DNA from: Opitutia bacterium
GTDB taxonomy: Bacteria > Verrucomicrobiota > Verrucomicrobiia > Opitutales > Opitutaceae
DNA length: 64,000 nt
Direction of reading: 5' to 3'
Assembly (NCBI GenBank): GCA_947478395.1
Contig: CANJVR010000003.1
Coordinates: forward strand, 256,001 to 320,000
This document shows positions 14,529 to 24,027 of this stretch, one piece after another (position 1 is the first letter of the stretch; each line of letters starts with the position of its first letter). A program made the position numbers and the translations under genes. The notes beneath the pieces are model-generated. The model was not told the origin of the DNA, did no database searches, and saw only the letters and a program-made list of their open reading frames with translations.

Positions 14529-15293
14529 TTACGCGTTCAGGGCGGCGATGATTTCGCCGTGTAACGCCGGCGTCGCCGCTACAATCGCGTCCGCGGGATA
14601 GGCTGACCCACCCGACCAGTTGGTGATAACACCGCCCGCGCCCCGAATGACGGGCACGAGCGCGGCAATATCCCACGGGTTCATGATTGGATCGAACATG
14701 GCATCAGCCCATCCGCCGGCCACGAGGAGGTAGCCGTAGCAATCCCCCCAGGTGCGGACGAGTTTGGCCTGCGCGAGCAGACGATCGCACGCCGGGCCGT
14801 TTTGGTAACGGGCGAGGTTGGCCAGATCGCTCGTGAGGACGGTGGCGTCCGCTAACCGCGCTGTGGTGCGACAGCGGACGGCGCGACCATTAAGCGTGGT
14901 CGTCCGGCCGTCTCCGATCATGAGCTGACGGAGAACCGGCTGGTGAATGCAGCCCAGCACGGGTTGGCCGCCATGCAGGAGAGCGATCAACGTGCCGAAA
15001 AGCGGGACGCCAGTGATGAACGATTTCGTGCCGTCGATCGGATCGATTACCCAGACGAACTCCGCGTCAGGGTTTTCCGAGCCAAACTCCTCGCCGATGA
15101 TGCCGTGCGCCGGAAATTTTTTATGGATGAGCGCGCGGAGCAGTTCTTCTGCGCCGCGGTCGGCGAGCGTTACAGGGGATGCGTCGGATTTAATTTCAAC
15201 CGCGAGATCCGGATTGGCAAAATAGGGGCGGATAAAGTCTCCACTCTGCGCGGCGAGATCTGTGATAAAACTCCGGTAAGGCGTCAGGTCCAC
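14529..15293 (-). CDS. hisN: Histidinol-phosphatase, inositol monophosphatase family
   Basis: KSDASPVTLAD, GEEFG, WVIDPIDGTKSF, WGDCYGY, PWDIAA; GTG start. Confidence 0.8.
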   Translation of the reverse strand: MDLTPYRSFITDLAAQSGDFIRPYFANPDLAVEIKSDASPVTLADRGAEELLRALIHKKFPAHGIIGEEFGSENPDAEFVWVIDPIDGTKSFITGVPLFGTLIALLHGGQPVLGCIHQPVLRQLMIGDGRTTTLNGRAVRCRTTARLADATVLTSDLANLARYQNGPACDRLLAQAKLVRTWGDCYGYLLVAGGWADAMFDPIMNPWDIAALVPVIRGAGGVITNWSGGSAYPADAIVAATPALHGEIIAALNA

Positions 15294-15375
15294 GGCCGGA
15301 GTGTGGCCCACGGAGCCCAATAAACACACGGAAAAAGGATTCGGAATTTCGGTTTTGGTGTGTTCCGAGTGTGGC

Positions 15376-16047
15376 GTGGGCCATTCCTGGATCGAGCAGC
15401 CGATTTTTTTCGTGGATTTCGAAGGCAGCATTGCCTCGGGCATTTTAGAATACGGCGTTGTTACAGTCGTCGGCAGCCAGGTGATCGAAACGGCCACTCG
15501 GCTTTGCGCTCCGACCGGTCAGGTGCGTGAAGAGGACATCGCCGTCCACGGTTTGCGCGAAACGCTGCTGTCCGGTCACCCGGCTTTTGCCGCCGACTGG
15601 GACTTTTTCGCGGGCCTTCGTGAACGCGGACCGTTGGCGGCGCACTACGCCGGCGCCGAGAATTCGCTGTTGAAATCGGTGTGGCCTTATCCGCGCAGCT
15701 CGCCCGATTTCGTTCGACCCGGAGCGCAAGCGACGGAGTGGGGCCCGTGGATCGACTCGGCCCGCATCTACGCGCAGCTTTATCCCCAACTCGAATCGGG
15801 CCGGCTGGAAGCCGTGGTCGCGGCGTGCGGCCTGCAGAGTCAACTCGATCAATGGGCGGAGGAACGCTGTCCTCCCGCGCGGCGGCATTACCACGCCGCG
15901 CTCTACGACGCCCTGGCTGGAGCCGCATTGTTGACCTCACTCGCGCGTGAACCGGCAGTGGCCGGTATGACCGTGATGCAACTTCTCGCGCTGAGCACGC
16001 TCGACGGCGAAAAGCGCGACGCGATGCAGCAGGGAAATTTGTTTTAG
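15376..16047 (+). CDS. DEDDh 3'-5' exonuclease domain protein
   Basis: FVDFEG, VHGL, AAHYAGAE, WIDS, HAALYDA motifs; start uncertain. Confidence 0.75.
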   Translation: MGHSWIEQPIFFVDFEGSIASGILEYGVVTVVGSQVIETATRLCAPTGQVREEDIAVHGLRETLLSGHPAFAADWDFFAGLRERGPLAAHYAGAENSLLKSVWPYPRSSPDFVRPGAQATEWGPWIDSARIYAQLYPQLESGRLEAVVAACGLQSQLDQWAEERCPPARRHYHAALYDALAGAALLTSLAREPAVAGMTVMQLLALSTLDGEKRDAMQQGNLF

Positions 16048-16081
16048 AAAGGTAGGGCGCGTTATCCCTAACGCGCCGGTT
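16048..16081 (+). repeat. GTAG-type REP-like palindrome, copy 2
   Basis: GGTAG followed by the hairpin GGCGCGTTA-TCCC-TAACGCGCC. Confidence 0.8.
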
Positions 16082-16100
16082 GGGCGTCGCGCGTGTGCCG

Positions 16101-16192
16101 ACACACCCCGTCGCTTCGCGCCACCCCTCTCGGAGAGGGGACTCTGAATAAAAATCCCCTCTTGAGAGGGGTGCCCGCAGGGCGGGGTGTGT
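16101..16192. repeat. Inverted pair of palindromic units (REPIN-like)
   Basis: ACACACCCCG...CACCCCTCTCGGAGAGGGGA and TCCCCTCTTGAGAGGGGTG...CGGGGTGTGT are inverted copies, each with an internal hairpin. Confidence 0.7.
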
Positions 16193-16251
16193 AGTCAGCA
16201 CCACACCGGCCTTGCGCTCAACGCGGTGCGTTGTGAAGGTGTCGGGTTCCC

Positions 16252-18060
16252 ATGGCCATTGTCAGTCTTCTCGATGTCAGCTTGAGCTTCGGCGGTGCAC
16301 CGTTGCTGGATTGCGTCAATCTCCAGATCGACCGCGGCGAACGCGTCTGCTTGGTCGGACGCAATGGCGCGGGCAAATCCACGCTGATGAAAGTCATCGC
16401 GGGCGAACTCGCCCCGGATGTCGGGCAGGTGTTTCGCCAGGCGGGAGCGGTTTTTTCCACGTTGAAACAGGAAGTCCCGAGCGGACTCGTGGGCACGGTA
16501 CGCACGGTGGTCGAGGGCGAGGGCGGGGCCTACGAGGAACACAACGATTGGGAACGGCACGATCGCGTCGAGCGCCTGCTCGAGCAAATGGGTCTGCCCG
16601 TCGACATGGAGTTTGCCTCACTCTCAGCCGGACAAAAACGCCGCGTGCTATTGGCGCGCGGTTTGGTCGAGGCGCCGCAACTGTTGCTGCTCGACGAGCC
16701 CACCAACCATCTCGACCTGGCCTCGATCGAGTGGCTGGAGAAATTTTTGTTGGAGTGGGGCGGCGCGCTGTTGTTTGTGACCCACGATCGCGCGTTTCTG
16801 CGCAAACTCGCGACCCGCATCGTCGAGGTGGATCGCGGCCAGCTCGTCGGTTGGGCCTGCGACTACGACACGTTTCTCGTCCGCAAACAGGCCGTGCTTG
16901 AGGCCGAGGAAGTCGAACGCGCGCAGTTCGATAAAAAACTCGCGCAAGAAGAAGTCTGGATCCGGCGTGGCGTGAAAGCGCAGCGTTCCCGCGCGAACAA
17001 CCGCATCCACGCCCTCGAGAAAATGCGCGCGGAGCGGGCGGCGCGGCGCGACCGGACCGGGAAGGCGACGATGACCGCGCAGGAAGCCGACCGCAGCGGG
17101 TTCAAGGTGATCACGTGCGAGGGCGCAGGTTTCAGGTACAGCCCCGACGGGCCGTTGATCGTGCGCGATGTCACGACGCGCATCGAGCGGGGCGACAAGA
17201 TTGGCATCGTCGGCCCCAACGGCGCGGGCAAAACCACGCTGTTGAAACTATTGCTCGGCCAGCTCAAGCCGCAGGCCGGCACGGTCGAGCAGGGCACGCA
17301 GCTGGAGATCGTTTATTTCGACCAACTCCGCGCGCAACTCGACGACACGATGCGGGTGCAGGACGCGGTGGCCGACGGCAACACGACTGTGACGATCAAC
17401 GGCAAATCGCGGCACGTGATTTCATATTTGGAGGATTTTCTTTTCGAGCCGACCCGCGCCCGCACGCCGATCAAGGCGCTGTCGGGCGGAGAACGAAACC
17501 GGTTGTTGCTCGCGCGACTCTTCACCAAGCCGGCCAACGTGCTCGTGCTCGACGAGCCGACGAACGATCTCGACGCCGAGACGCTCGAGCTGCTCGAGGA
17601 TTTGGTGGTGGAATTCGGCGGCACCGTGCTACTCGTCAGTCACGATCGCGCCTTTTTGAACGAGGTCTGTACGAGCCTGCTCGTGTTCGAGGGCGAAGGT
17701 CACGTCGTCGATTATCTCGGCGGTTACGACGACTGGCAAAAGGAGAAAGCGCGGAAAGCAGCCGAAGCAGCAGCAGCCGAGGAACGGGCCAAGCTCACGG
17801 CGAAAAACTCCGCCGCGGGCACCGGATCCGGCGGCCCAAAAGTGCGAAAGCTTTCAAACAAGGAACGGGCCGAACTGGAAGCGCTGCCAAAGAAAATTGA
17901 AGAGCTTGAAACCGAGCAGGCCAAGCTGACCGCCGCGCTGGCCGATCCGCAGTTTTTCAAAAAGCCAGGCGGGGAAGTCGCGAAGACGACCGCCCGCCTC
18001 GAGGAAGTGGAAAAGCTGCACGCCGCCGCATTTACGCGCTGGGAAGAACTGGGTGGATAA
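16252..18060 (+). CDS. uup: ABC-F family ATPase, Uup-like
   Basis: Two ABC domains (GRNGAGKST, GPNGAGKTT), EEVWIRRGVKAQRSR linker, C-terminal KLSNKERAELEALP coiled coil. Confidence 0.9.
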   Translation: MAIVSLLDVSLSFGGAPLLDCVNLQIDRGERVCLVGRNGAGKSTLMKVIAGELAPDVGQVFRQAGAVFSTLKQEVPSGLVGTVRTVVEGEGGAYEEHNDWERHDRVERLLEQMGLPVDMEFASLSAGQKRRVLLARGLVEAPQLLLLDEPTNHLDLASIEWLEKFLLEWGGALLFVTHDRAFLRKLATRIVEVDRGQLVGWACDYDTFLVRKQAVLEAEEVERAQFDKKLAQEEVWIRRGVKAQRSRANNRIHALEKMRAERAARRDRTGKATMTAQEADRSGFKVITCEGAGFRYSPDGPLIVRDVTTRIERGDKIGIVGPNGAGKTTLLKLLLGQLKPQAGTVEQGTQLEIVYFDQLRAQLDDTMRVQDAVADGNTTVTINGKSRHVISYLEDFLFEPTRARTPIKALSGGERNRLLLARLFTKPANVLVLDEPTNDLDAETLELLEDLVVEFGGTVLLVSHDRAFLNEVCTSLLVFEGEGHVVDYLGGYDDWQKEKARKAAEAAAAEERAKLTAKNSAAGTGSGGPKVRKLSNKERAELEALPKKIEELETEQAKLTAALADPQFFKKPGGEVAKTTARLEEVEKLHAAAFTRWEELGG

Positions 18061-18446
18061 AATCTGCCGACCACCGGACGGGGCTCTAGCCCGCGTGTTT
18101 GAAATACCACCGCGCCCTGAGCTCTATCGGCAAAATGCCCGCAAGGTATTGAACCGATAATGAAATTCGCCAACGGGCGAATCTCCCTGCACCCCTGCGG
18201 CACATCACCTGCGGTCTCGGTGGGCGAGGCCGGGATCCCCGCCGATTTTTGGTCCCCCGGCCACCGGTGGTTGGTTGAACTCATTCCTGCGCTAAACGAG
18301 GGGATTTTTTCGCGGGCAAAATACGTCGTAGGCCGATGATGCAAATCCCGCATGACGGGCTTCGAGCGTTGGCGGTTCCCAATGGTGACCGGCCATTTTC
18401 GGGTTCGCTTCTCCCGTGCGATTCGCAACGTGAGTAAAGTTCACGC

Positions 18447-20015
18447 ATGACTTTAATTTCCGCTCCGTCGCCTTCGCTCTTTAACTGGCTCGATTCACGG
18501 TCGGCCGGCGTGCTGCTCCATCCTACCGCCATCGCGGGCGACCAAGGGGTCGGCACGTTTGACGAAAACGCCGTGCGGTTCCTGGATTTTCTGCAAGCGG
18601 CAGGAATGAAATACTGGCAGCTTTGTCCGCTCGGTCCCACGGGCTACGGCGATTCTCCTTATCAATGCTTTTCCGCGTTCGCCGGTAATCCATATTTGAT
18701 CGATCTCAACGCGCTGGTGTCGCGCGGATTGCTCACCACCGCCGAAGTGGCCTCGCTCGCCTCCCGGGATTCCGAGCGCGTCGACTACGGCGCCCTTTAC
18801 GAACGGAAGTGGCCACTCCTCGCCAAGGCCTTCGCCCGCTTCAAGAAATCAGGGGCGCCTTCGCTCGGGGAGGATGGTGAAACCTTCGACGCGTTTCGGA
18901 AAAGTCAGGCCTCGTGGCTCGAGGCCTACGTGTACTTTCGCGCGCTGAAAGATCATCACGCTGGCGTTGCGTGGTGGGAGTGGCCCGCGGCGGTCCGCAC
19001 CTACGCGGCGGCGCAAAAATCTCCCCTGCGGCTTCAACTCGCCCCCGCGGCCGAGGGGCATGCGTTTTATCAGTACCTGTTTTTCACCCAGTGGCGGCGG
19101 CTGCGGGCGGCGGCTTCTGCCCGCGGGATAGCCATCATCGGGGACATTCCCATATTTGTCGCGGCCGATTCAGCGGACGTTTGGGCGGCCCCCGAGTTAT
19201 TTGAACTGGACCCTGCCACCGGACGGCCGATCGCCGTCGCAGGCGTACCGCCGGATTATTTTTCCGAGGATGGTCAACTCTGGGGAAATCCGCTCTATCT
19301 TTGGTCGCGTCACGCCGCCGATGACTTTGCCTGGTGGCACGCGCGACTGCAGGCGTCCTTTGCCCTTTATGATGTGGTGCGTATCGATCATTTCCGCGGC
19401 TTCGATGCGTATTGGCGAATTCCCCTGCCGGCGGCGACAGCGCGCAAAGGCACATGGATTCCCGGCCCGGGTTTGGCCTTTTTTAACTCGGTCAGCGCGG
19501 CGTTCCCTGACGCCAAAATTATCGCGGAAGATCTTGGGGCTCTCACCCCCAGCGTGGTCGCGCTGCGCGAAGCCACCGGACTTCCCGGGATGGCGATTCT
19601 GCAATTCGCCTTCGGCGGAGACGCGGATAATCTTTATCTGCCCCACCAACTTTCGCCCAACAGCGTGATTTATCCCGGCACGCACGACAACGACACCTCG
19701 CTGGGCTGGTACGCCTCCACCGCGGAAAAGGAACGGGACCATGTGCGGCGCTACTTGCGCATCGATGGCCGCGAGATTCCCTGGGATTTTATTCGCACCA
19801 GTTACGCCTCGGTCAGCCGTCTCGCGGTCTTGCCGATGCAGGACATCCTGAGTCTTGGCTCCGCGGCGCGATTTAATTCCCCCGGCAAACCACAGGGCAA
19901 CTGGCAGTGGCGGTATCGCGGCGCGCAGCTCGATCAACTCCTCTCGGGCGGTACGGCGGCGTACCTCCGTTCGCTCGCCGAGCTTTACGGGCGGACGCCG
20001 AAATCGCCGGGCTGA
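18447..20015 (+). CDS. malQ: 4-alpha-glucanotransferase (GH77)
   Basis: GVLLHPT, GDIPIFV, GVPPDYFSEDGQLWGNP, RIDHFRGF, YPGTHDNDT. Confidence 0.96.
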   Translation: MTLISAPSPSLFNWLDSRSAGVLLHPTAIAGDQGVGTFDENAVRFLDFLQAAGMKYWQLCPLGPTGYGDSPYQCFSAFAGNPYLIDLNALVSRGLLTTAEVASLASRDSERVDYGALYERKWPLLAKAFARFKKSGAPSLGEDGETFDAFRKSQASWLEAYVYFRALKDHHAGVAWWEWPAAVRTYAAAQKSPLRLQLAPAAEGHAFYQYLFFTQWRRLRAAASARGIAIIGDIPIFVAADSADVWAAPELFELDPATGRPIAVAGVPPDYFSEDGQLWGNPLYLWSRHAADDFAWWHARLQASFALYDVVRIDHFRGFDAYWRIPLPAATARKGTWIPGPGLAFFNSVSAAFPDAKIIAEDLGALTPSVVALREATGLPGMAILQFAFGGDADNLYLPHQLSPNSVIYPGTHDNDTSLGWYASTAEKERDHVRRYLRIDGREIPWDFIRTSYASVSRLAVLPMQDILSLGSAARFNSPGKPQGNWQWRYRGAQLDQLLSGGTAAYLRSLAELYGRTPKSPG

Positions 20016-20077
20016 TCCGGACGATCTCGCCGCGCTGCTTGGCTTTTTTATTTTCACGCGTAATCTCTAGATCCGAG

Positions 20078-20350
20078 ATGTTCGCCAATTTTCTCCAACT
20101 GATTTCGCGCCGGCCTCCGCCCGGCTACGAGCAGGAATTTATCCGCTCGGTGAACATTTCCCACCGAACGCCTCGCAGCCGTCGGATGCAATGGCTGTTG
20201 CTGACTGGCTGGATTTTAATCGCAGCCAAAAGTTGGCTCATTATTTGGGCCGTCGAGCACTACCACGTGCCAGTGAATCCTTTTTGGGTAATCGCGCCGA
20301 CCGTGATTTTTGCCGCGGTTTGCACCTTGGTTTATTTTTTGTGGCCGTAA
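20078..20350 (+). CDS. Small hypothetical membrane protein (two TM segments)
   Basis: 90-aa ORF with two hydrophobic stretches, co-oriented with the neighbouring genes. Confidence 0.65.
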   Translation: MFANFLQLISRRPPPGYEQEFIRSVNISHRTPRSRRMQWLLLTGWILIAAKSWLIIWAVEHYHVPVNPFWVIAPTVIFAAVCTLVYFLWP

Positions 20351-20407
20351 GGTAATTGTGCGTTGCGGCGGGGCCGGCGGGATTTTGAATCAGCCATCCT
20401 CTTTCCC

Positions 20408-21346
20408 ATGCCCCGCGTTCCCGGTCTTCGCAGTAACTACGCTCTCGTCTGCCGTCTCGTTTATTTCGGGCGCATGCTCGATAAAATCCGCCTCCATGCC
20501 GCCGGGCGGCTCCCGGCCGACTACCAGAAAAATCTCGGGATCGGTTTTGACGCGCGTTGCTGCGAATTTCTCGGGGTGGACTACGCGGCGCTTAAGGCCC
20601 GGGTCCTGGCGGGCGGTTCCGAGGCCGAGATCGCCGCCTGGTGTCACGAACGCGGCGGCGCGCGCTCCGACGATCAGTGTAACGGGTTCAACCGATTTTT
20701 AATGAAACTGGGTTGGCGCGACGATCGCACGCCGGTGTTGCGTCAGCGCATTGCCGAGTTCGGGTTGACGGGCCGCCCCATCGAAACGTTTTTCGATCTC
20801 AACGAATTTGATGAAGACCGCGATCCCGTGGGGACTCGCGCTTGGGAACTTCGGCCTCCCGTCGTGGTGCTCGTGATGGGCGTGGCGGGCACCGGAAAAA
20901 GTACGGTGGGCGAGGCCCTGGCCTCGGCCTTGAGTTGGGAATTTCGCGATGCGGATAGCTTTCATCCCGCGCCCAACATCGCCAAAATGGCGGCGGGGCA
21001 GCCGCTCGACGACCACGACCGTGAGCCATGGCTGGCCGCGATTCGCGATCACATCGGCGTCACACTGGAGCGGGGCGAAAGTGCCATCGTCAGTTGCTCC
21101 GCGTTGAAGGAACGCTACCGACAGGCGCTCGGCGGCAATGCCGCTGGCATCGCGTGGGTGTATCTGCACGGTTCGCCAGAGCTGATCCGCGAGCGACTGG
21201 CCGGGCGGGCAGGGCACTTCATGAAACCGGGAATGCTCGATTCCCAACTCGCCGCTTTGGAACCGCCGCAGTTCGGGCTGTCGCTCGATGTGAGCGAGCC
21301 GCCCGATGCACTGATCGGCCGCATCCGCGCCCACCTCGCACTCTGA
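20408..21346 (+). CDS. Fusion of a DUF5069-like domain and gluconokinase (GntK/IdnK type)
   Basis: N-terminus LVYFGRMLDKIRLHAAGRLPADY..G.GFD..CC.FLGVDY; C-terminus MGVAGTGKST, DADSFHP, GQPLDDHDREPWL, SCSALK, GHFM..ML.SQ. Confidence 0.85.
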   Translation: MPRVPGLRSNYALVCRLVYFGRMLDKIRLHAAGRLPADYQKNLGIGFDARCCEFLGVDYAALKARVLAGGSEAEIAAWCHERGGARSDDQCNGFNRFLMKLGWRDDRTPVLRQRIAEFGLTGRPIETFFDLNEFDEDRDPVGTRAWELRPPVVVLVMGVAGTGKSTVGEALASALSWEFRDADSFHPAPNIAKMAAGQPLDDHDREPWLAAIRDHIGVTLERGESAIVSCSALKERYRQALGGNAAGIAWVYLHGSPELIRERLAGRAGHFMKPGMLDSQLAALEPPQFGLSLDVSEPPDALIGRIRAHLAL

Positions 21347-23757
21347 TGTCGCCGCGCCGGACAAAACGTCTGCGACTCGTCTGCGGCGGATTTGTCCTGC
21401 TCGCGCTCTGCGCCCTCGCCGTCGCCGGCTGGTTTTACGCCCGTATGCGTGCGAGTTTGGCCGCGCTCGAAGGGAGCTTCGCGCTACCGGGTTTGAGCGC
21501 GAGCGTCACGATTGAGCGCGATGCGCTGGGCGTACCGACCATTCGCGGAGCGACACGCGTCGACGTATCGCGCGGATTGGGATGGCTGCATGCGCAGGAT
21601 CGTTTTTTTCAAATGGATCTACTTCGCCGCCGCGCGGCCGGAGAACTCGCGGAGATCATCGGTGCCGCCGCCGTGCCGATGGATCGCGAGAGTCGCAGGC
21701 ATGGTTTTCGCGTCAAAGCACGCGAGCAACTGGCGCGTACACCGCCCGAAGAGCGCGCCGTGATTGCGAGCTACACGGCCGGCGTCAACGCCGGCCTCGG
21801 CGCGCTCGGGACAAAACCTTTCGAATATATTTTACTGCGAACGAAACCGCAGCCTTGGCGCGAGGAGGACTGTTTGCTCGTCGCGTATGCGATGCTGCTC
21901 GATTTGCAGGGCGACGCCGTCGCGCGTGAACGCGACCTTTTGACGATGCGCGAATACCTTGGATCGGAGACGCTCGCTTTTTTTGCCGCCATCGCCGGTC
22001 CGCGGGACGCCGCGCTGGATGGCACCAGCGCTCCGCTGCCGCCGATTCCTTCCCCCAAAGCGATCAACCTCCGTAAATCCGCCAAGCTTTCCCAGAGTCA
22101 GCTGCCTTTAAGCGATGCCCCGTTTTTCTCCGAGCGTCCGGCGCCGGGTTCCAACGCGTTTGCTCTTTCCGGCGCCCATACAGCCACGGGGGCCGGCTTG
22201 CTCGCGAACGACATGCACCTTGATCTTCGCCTGCCGAACGCCTGGTACCGCGCCGCACTCGTATGGCCCGAGGCGGGCGGCGAGCGACGCGTGATCGGGG
22301 TTACTCTACCCGGCGGGCCGGTCGTCGTCGCAGGCAGCAATGGCCGCGTCGCTTGGGGATTCACCAACAGCGCCGTCGACACGAGCGACCTCGTGGTCGT
22401 CGCGAGTGGCATCACGCCTGATTTTTACCGCGCTCCCGGCGAGGTCGTGCCGTTACAAGTCGAAGTCCGCTCCGAAACCATCGCCGTGAAAGGCGCCGAT
22501 CCGCTGACCGTGGATTATCGTTGGACGATCTGGGGGCCGATCGTCGGCCAGGACGCAGGGGAACATCTGCTCGCTCAACGTTGGGTGGGCCACGAGCCGG
22601 GTGTGATTAATTTTAATTTACTCAGAATGGAAAACGTGGGGACGACGGCTGAAGCCGTCGAAGCCGCGCCCCATTTGGGCGTACCCACCCTCAACATGGT
22701 GATCGCCGACACTGCGGGGGACATCGCTTGGACCATTGCCGGAGCGATCCCGAAACGGGTCGGTTTCGACGGACGGTTACCGGTGGCCTGGACATTTGGC
22801 GACCGTCGGTGGGATGGCCTGCTCAAAGCGGCCGAAGTGCCTGCTGTGTTTGGGCGCGCAGCGGGGCAGACCGGCCGGCTCTGGTCCTCAAACCAGCGGC
22901 CCCTCGGCGGCGCCGCGGGCGCGGTGTTGGGCGATGGCGGATACGCCGAAGCGATGCGCGGCGCCCAAGTACGGGACGACCTTTCTCCACTCGAGCACGC
23001 GGTGCCACGCGATCTGCTCGCCGTGCAACTCGACGATCGCGCACTCGCGCTGGAGCGTTGGCAGAAGCTTTTACTTGGCGTGCTCACTCCGGCCGTGGTC
23101 GCGGCGCGCGCCGAGCGGGGCGAATTGCGCGCCCTGGTCGAAAAATGGGAGGGCCGCGCCAGCGTGGATTCGGTCAGCTATCGGCTCGTGCGGACATTTC
23201 GGCAGGCCGTGGCGAGCAGGGTTCTAGGACCAATTTTTGCCCCATGTGTCGCGGCCGATCCGGGCTTTGCCCGGCCTCGCCGCTACGAAGAGCAACTATG
23301 GGCGCTGGGGCAGGAAAAACCGATCCATCTCCTGAGTCCGGAATTTGCCACGTGGGACGCGATGTTCGTGGCCGCGGTCGACGATACACTGAAGACCATC
23401 GCGAAAGAGGACACGGTGCTCTCACGCGCCACCTGGGGTCAGGCGAACACCGCCAACATCCAGCATCCTCTGGCGCGGGTGCTGCCGGGCTGGCTGGCCT
23501 TCTGGTTGAGAATGCCGGGAGATCCACTGCCCGGAGATCACGACATGCCCCGGGTGCAACGTGCTAATTTCGGAGCGAGCGAGCGCTTTGTCGTTTCGCC
23601 CGGCCATGAAGCCGAGGGAATTTTCGAGATGCCCGGGGGCCAAAGCGGGCACCCGCTCTCCCCGTATTTCCGTGCCGGCCACGAAGCTTGGGTGCGAGGC
23701 GAACCGACGCCTTTCCTGCCCGGCAAGGCGGAACACGTGCTGACGCTGAAACCCTAG
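21346..23757 (+). CDS. Penicillin acylase family Ntn hydrolase (peptidase S45), N-terminally anchored
   Basis: RDALGVPTI, HAQDRFFQMDLLRR, GSNAFAL catalytic Ser, LLANDMHL, GGQSGHPLSPYF; TGATG overlap with the upstream gene. Confidence 0.92.
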   Translation: MSPRRTKRLRLVCGGFVLLALCALAVAGWFYARMRASLAALEGSFALPGLSASVTIERDALGVPTIRGATRVDVSRGLGWLHAQDRFFQMDLLRRRAAGELAEIIGAAAVPMDRESRRHGFRVKAREQLARTPPEERAVIASYTAGVNAGLGALGTKPFEYILLRTKPQPWREEDCLLVAYAMLLDLQGDAVARERDLLTMREYLGSETLAFFAAIAGPRDAALDGTSAPLPPIPSPKAINLRKSAKLSQSQLPLSDAPFFSERPAPGSNAFALSGAHTATGAGLLANDMHLDLRLPNAWYRAALVWPEAGGERRVIGVTLPGGPVVVAGSNGRVAWGFTNSAVDTSDLVVVASGITPDFYRAPGEVVPLQVEVRSETIAVKGADPLTVDYRWTIWGPIVGQDAGEHLLAQRWVGHEPGVINFNLLRMENVGTTAEAVEAAPHLGVPTLNMVIADTAGDIAWTIAGAIPKRVGFDGRLPVAWTFGDRRWDGLLKAAEVPAVFGRAAGQTGRLWSSNQRPLGGAAGAVLGDGGYAEAMRGAQVRDDLSPLEHAVPRDLLAVQLDDRALALERWQKLLLGVLTPAVVAARAERGELRALVEKWEGRASVDSVSYRLVRTFRQAVASRVLGPIFAPCVAADPGFARPRRYEEQLWALGQEKPIHLLSPEFATWDAMFVAAVDDTLKTIAKEDTVLSRATWGQANTANIQHPLARVLPGWLAFWLRMPGDPLPGDHDMPRVQRANFGASERFVVSPGHEAEGIFEMPGGQSGHPLSPYFRAGHEAWVRGEPTPFLPGKAEHVLTLKP

Positions 23758-24027
23758 TCGCGCGTGGCTTCAGGCCGCGTTCCGGAATCCGAAACGCGGG
23801 CGGAAGCTCCCCACGAATCAAGAAAACGTTCGTCTGCCGGTCGGCGCCGACTCTTAGCATCCCGGCAAAAAGAAGGGCCCGGCGGATAATAGCCTTAAGC
23901 CAAGCTCGCTTATTTCTGGGCCGGTTAGACCCGCTGATGCTACCCAAAATTCTGCTTGAATCGTTTTAACGTCCAGTGGCCAGCACCCGTGCCCGCTCAA
24001 CGAAGGCTCCGCCGATTTCGGCGTATT

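Noticed and set aside
21028..21345. Extended 909-aa start for the acylase
   Set aside because: It overlaps the gluconokinase domain; the ATG at 21346 precedes a proper signal/anchor.
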